From positions 11,594,001-11,658,000 of the forward strand of contig JBHGNT010000003.1 of assembly GCA_043228905.1 (NCBI GenBank): DNA of 64,000 nt. Direction: 5' to 3'. The notes beneath the pieces are model-generated. The model saw only the letters and a list, made by a program, of their open reading frames with translations. It was not told where the DNA came from and did not search any database. A program made the translations under genes and the position numbers. This document shows, in pieces, positions 60,236 to 64,000 of this stretch (positions are counted from its first letter, which is position 1; each line of letters begins with the position of its first letter). This stretch comes from Azolla caroliniana. Lineage: Eukaryota; Plantae; Polypodiophyta.

Positions 60236-63125
60236 TCAAGGGTGTAATACCATCTGAATAACTTCTATAAGTTGCTTGGCTTGAAAAGGTTTACATGCAT
60301 ATGCATCCATCCCAGCTTCCAGGCACCTGTCTTTATATCCTTGTATGGCATGAGCTGTGAGACCGATAATCGGCTTCCTTGTGTAGCCAAATTGTTTCTC
60401 ATTCGCTCGGATTATCTTTGTCGCTTGTAATCCATCCAAAACAGGCATCTAGCAATTATATTAAAGTATTTGCATTTAATCAGTACTGTCACAAAAATTA
60501 GGAAAAAAATGAAGACATCTTTGGCAAGGATATGATAAACACTCAGGATTGGGATACATACACGGACTGGGGTATACATACATGCATATATGTATATATG
60601 CATGTATACCCATGAGAACTACAAAGTAAAAAACATATGCTAATGTTAAGTTTGAGAATAAAGATGATAAATCTTTTGAGGAAAAAGGTGGTAAAACAAC
60701 ATACGAGCTAAGTAAAAAAAAAGAAAAAGAGATACCCACCTGAACATCCATGAGAATTAGGTCATACTTCTCCCAGTCCTTGTCAAGAGCATTGAGGCAT
60801 TGTTGACCATCATTCACAACCTCCACTTCAGTTCCAAACTTCTTTAGCTGCTGGCATGCCACCTTCTGGTTAACAAGATTATCTTCAGCCAGCAAAACCT
60901 TTATGCCTTTCAGTATAAGACCTGGATTCACCCCACCAGATTGCTTGCATTCTGATATGTTCGCATTGGAAGCAGTTAAGTCTGTTACTCGTGTCTTTTG
61001 GCATGAATCCTCCTCACCCATTCCAACAGTGACAACATTATCATCAAGCTTGAGGCAATTATTTCGTTGCACAATATCGACACCCGTCTGTCCTTCTAAC
61101 AGTGCCTCATCATGAGAACAACTACCCTCAAGACAAGGATGGGTTCTAATGCCACCATCTGATACCTTCTCATCATCAACCTTTTGGTCAGAAGATGAAG
61201 ATCGTGTTTCTGTTGAAGGATTGATCAAATTCAATCTAGATAAATTTTGCCGTGTTCTTGAGGAGCTCTTTGAGAGATGGTTTTCACAATTAGATGAATC
61301 ACCTTTCTCAAAGCAAGCAACAAAATAGAAAGTGCTCCCTTTTCCAGGTTCACTCTCAAGCCAGATGTGACCACCCATCATCGCAACTAGCCTGGCGAAA
61401 AAGAAAAACACTTTCCCGAATAAGAAATCAAACTTCACATGTGTTTCAAAATTAGCATAATTTGATGCTAGGAGTGCAAGCTGTCCCAGAAATGCGATCA
61501 CATTTGCTATGTTTTTATGGGGTTCTCCAGTTAATGTATTCATGCATTCAGGTTTCATGTTTCAATCTATATATTGCTCAAAACAGTGTTAGCCATTTCT
61601 ACTATATTTCATCATGGCCCAATCAGAAAAAAATAATTGCACAGTTATGTCATACCTTTCCACAATGCTGAGCCCTAATCCAGTTCCTCCATAGAGTCTT
61701 GTTGTAGAGCTGTCGGCTTGCGAGAATGCTTTAAATATCTCTTTTTGATTTTCCTTGCTTATGCCAATCCCAGTGTCTGTGACTGAGAATAACAGTTTCA
61801 CTTTGTCATGCACTTCTGGATCAATTGATAAATTAGTCAAGCGATCCGGTACAGATGCTTCTAGTGATGGGCAACCTATCTTGCCGACATCTCCTGCAAA
61901 CAAATGGTCATCACCATGTATTGATGTTATATGGTTGAGTTCATATCTTTCTGGACTCTTGAGAGGACACTTTGAAGACCTAATCTTAGCCAGTGAACAG
62001 CTTCTTAAGTGCTTATTCTCATGTGCATCATATAAATCACCATTGCTGTCCTGACAAGTGTATAGCTTTGTTGAGACAGATACACATCCTTCATGGGTAA
62101 ACTTGATGGCATTTCCAACTTCAATGATGAACCACACATACAAGAACGTTAGTAATTAAATTACATCAAAGTCAATGCAATCATTTTAATAAAGCTCTCA
62201 ATAAGTTTATATAATTTCCCTCTTACCAAGATTTAGTATACATTGTTGCAACCTCCCTGCATCTCCGATTAAACACTCTGGAACATCAGAGTCGATGGTA
62301 CAGTATAATTTTAGATTCTTTTGTGTTGCTCTGACCTATAATATAAGTCGAAGATTAATATAGCATGTATATATGAAGTAAAACAAACTCGCGTATTTGT
62401 CAATGTCAACAGTCCATTATGAAAATACAGAGACTCTTCACATCTATAGAAAATTTCCAATGATCCATTGATCATAAGTTCCCTGTACTAAAACAATTCA
62501 ACAATAGTATAAGCAATACCACACTTGAAGTAGGCTCTTGCAGTATTCATTACAAATAGACACATGTCTCAAAAGGTAATGCCAGTTTAGTGAGTAAAAT
62601 CATTTTCGCCTTGACCAGAAAAGAGAACACAAGCCTAAGTCAAGAAAGTCATATTAAGGTTATCCACTTCTTGTCATTATTATTCATTATCAAAATTGTT
62701 GATCTCCGTATCTTTGTTCAATATTAATCTTTATCTTTATGAGAAAAGTTCTAAAAAACATTAGAACTCTATCCATTACCTTTTCATGCAAGCATTGCAT
62801 TGTACAGTGTTATGACAGTGGTGATTTTCCAAAGTGAACTTAATTTTCAATTAAAAGAAAGGTAATAGGCCCAAAAGGTTAAAAGGGGAAAAATCAAACC
62901 TGAAGCATCTTCACAGTCGATTCAGTAATTCCCGAGAGGTTGAACGGAACACGTTCCAGTTCTAGACGGCCAGCTTCTATCTTTGCGAGATCAAGTATTG
63001 CATTTACAATATGCAGAAGACAATCAGCAGATTGTGAAACCGTTTCAAGATGTTCTCGTTGTTCATCTGTGAGGTCGGTATCTAGAGCCAATGAAGTCAT
63101 CCCAATAATTCCATGGATTGGCGTT
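60236..63125 (-). CDS. Hybrid sensor histidine kinase, five 3' exons (HisKA C-part, HATPase_c, receiver); 5' part lies beyond the window
   Basis: Exons 63125-62900, 62335-62227, 62118-61656, 61391-60740 and 60448-60236, all with GT-AG introns joining in frame. Motifs [10 protein letters not shown] (post H-box), [10 protein letters not shown] (N box), DTGIGI (G1), FSQAD (F), GGTGLGL (G2), and receiver LAEDN..LILMDVQMP..KP. Confidence 0.95.
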
Positions 63126-64000
63126 CTATAAAACAAGCCAATATAAAAATAAAACAGTTGCTTTCTCGAAGTAAAACAGATTCAGAGGGTGGTCGGTTAT
63201 CTTTTACCAGTCTTTTCATCTACATATTCTTTAGTTACACTTGGCAATTATATGATGACATCCATTTACACGGAGCGGCTCCTAGCATTGACTTAAATTA
63301 AATTCAGTTTTGGATTTTTTTTAACATTTGGCAAGCTTTTTTCAGTGCATTTCTTTCAGCAGATTTCATGAGCTTTGGTGGAATGGCATTTCGTCATACA
63401 TACCATATGGTACCAGGACGATCCTCATCAATGACGCGGTGCTACTCTGCAACATGCTTAACTCCCCAGGAATAAAGGACCCCAAATACCATTCTCAATT
63501 TATTGGTGTTTGCCCTTACATGCAGGGCCCACCAAATGACCATGGGGAGCCACGGCCACCAATCAATCTTAGGGTTAGGAGAAGTTATTGAGATATCGAG
63601 CTCAATTGTCTCGCCTGTGTGTTTACATTACACACAAGTGGTGGTGTGCACATGTTCACATTAAAGTCCACCTCCCTTGTCACATACTATGTACTTATAC
63701 CTTGCTGTAAGATATAACTACCTTTGTCATATAAGCGACCCCCGCGAGTATATAGTTATGGTATAAAATACCAAATTACTTGCCGTGCCTTGGCTTTCTT
63801 CAAACTAGAGAAAGATTTCCTCTAAAGCTTTGATAATAACTCCTAAGAACTTTTTGGTTTTGTAAGCATTCTATACCACACATCTTCTGAAAATGTCCCT
63901 TCCAAAAACTCAGATTCTGAAATCTCAAAGATTCAACTCTATTCTCCTGTTCCTTCGTCTTTGAGAAACAAAAGTTCAAAACTTGCATTGTAACTATGGA

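Noticed and set aside
63800-63988. Upstream H-box exon of the histidine kinase
   Set aside because: No SHE(L/I)R-type sequence with a suitable splice donor was found; probably intronic.

Overview
Eukaryotic nuclear DNA, most likely from a non-seed land plant (fern, lycophyte or bryophyte; inferred from the retrotransposon families and the intron-containing hybrid histidine kinase). Bases 1 to ~55.9 kb are a dense nest of LTR retrotransposons whose boundaries can mostly be resolved by LTR termini and 5-bp target-site duplications (TSDs). There are three related non-chromovirus Gypsy elements (A 1-6716 minus, D 25068-37415 plus, H 39636-54396 minus). There is a young intact chromovirus (C 12232-19280) inserted in the opposite orientation into a decayed relative (C'), and several Copia elements, fragments and solo LTRs (B, E, I, J, K, L, M). 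The last ~4 kb hold the five 3' exons of a minus-strand hybrid histidine kinase gene. The most striking observation concerns Gypsy elements D and H. Both lack a polypurine tract (PPT). In its place, 2 nt before the 3' LTR, both carry a conserved sense copy of a tRNA-Arg-like 3' end (GTCCCAC[G/A]GGCGTGCCA). This is an inverted second primer-binding site (PBS) and suggests tRNA-primed plus-strand synthesis. The same family carries a large sense accessory ORF after pol with a conserved acidic C-terminal motif. All family and tRNA assignments come from motif recognition and memory, not database searches.
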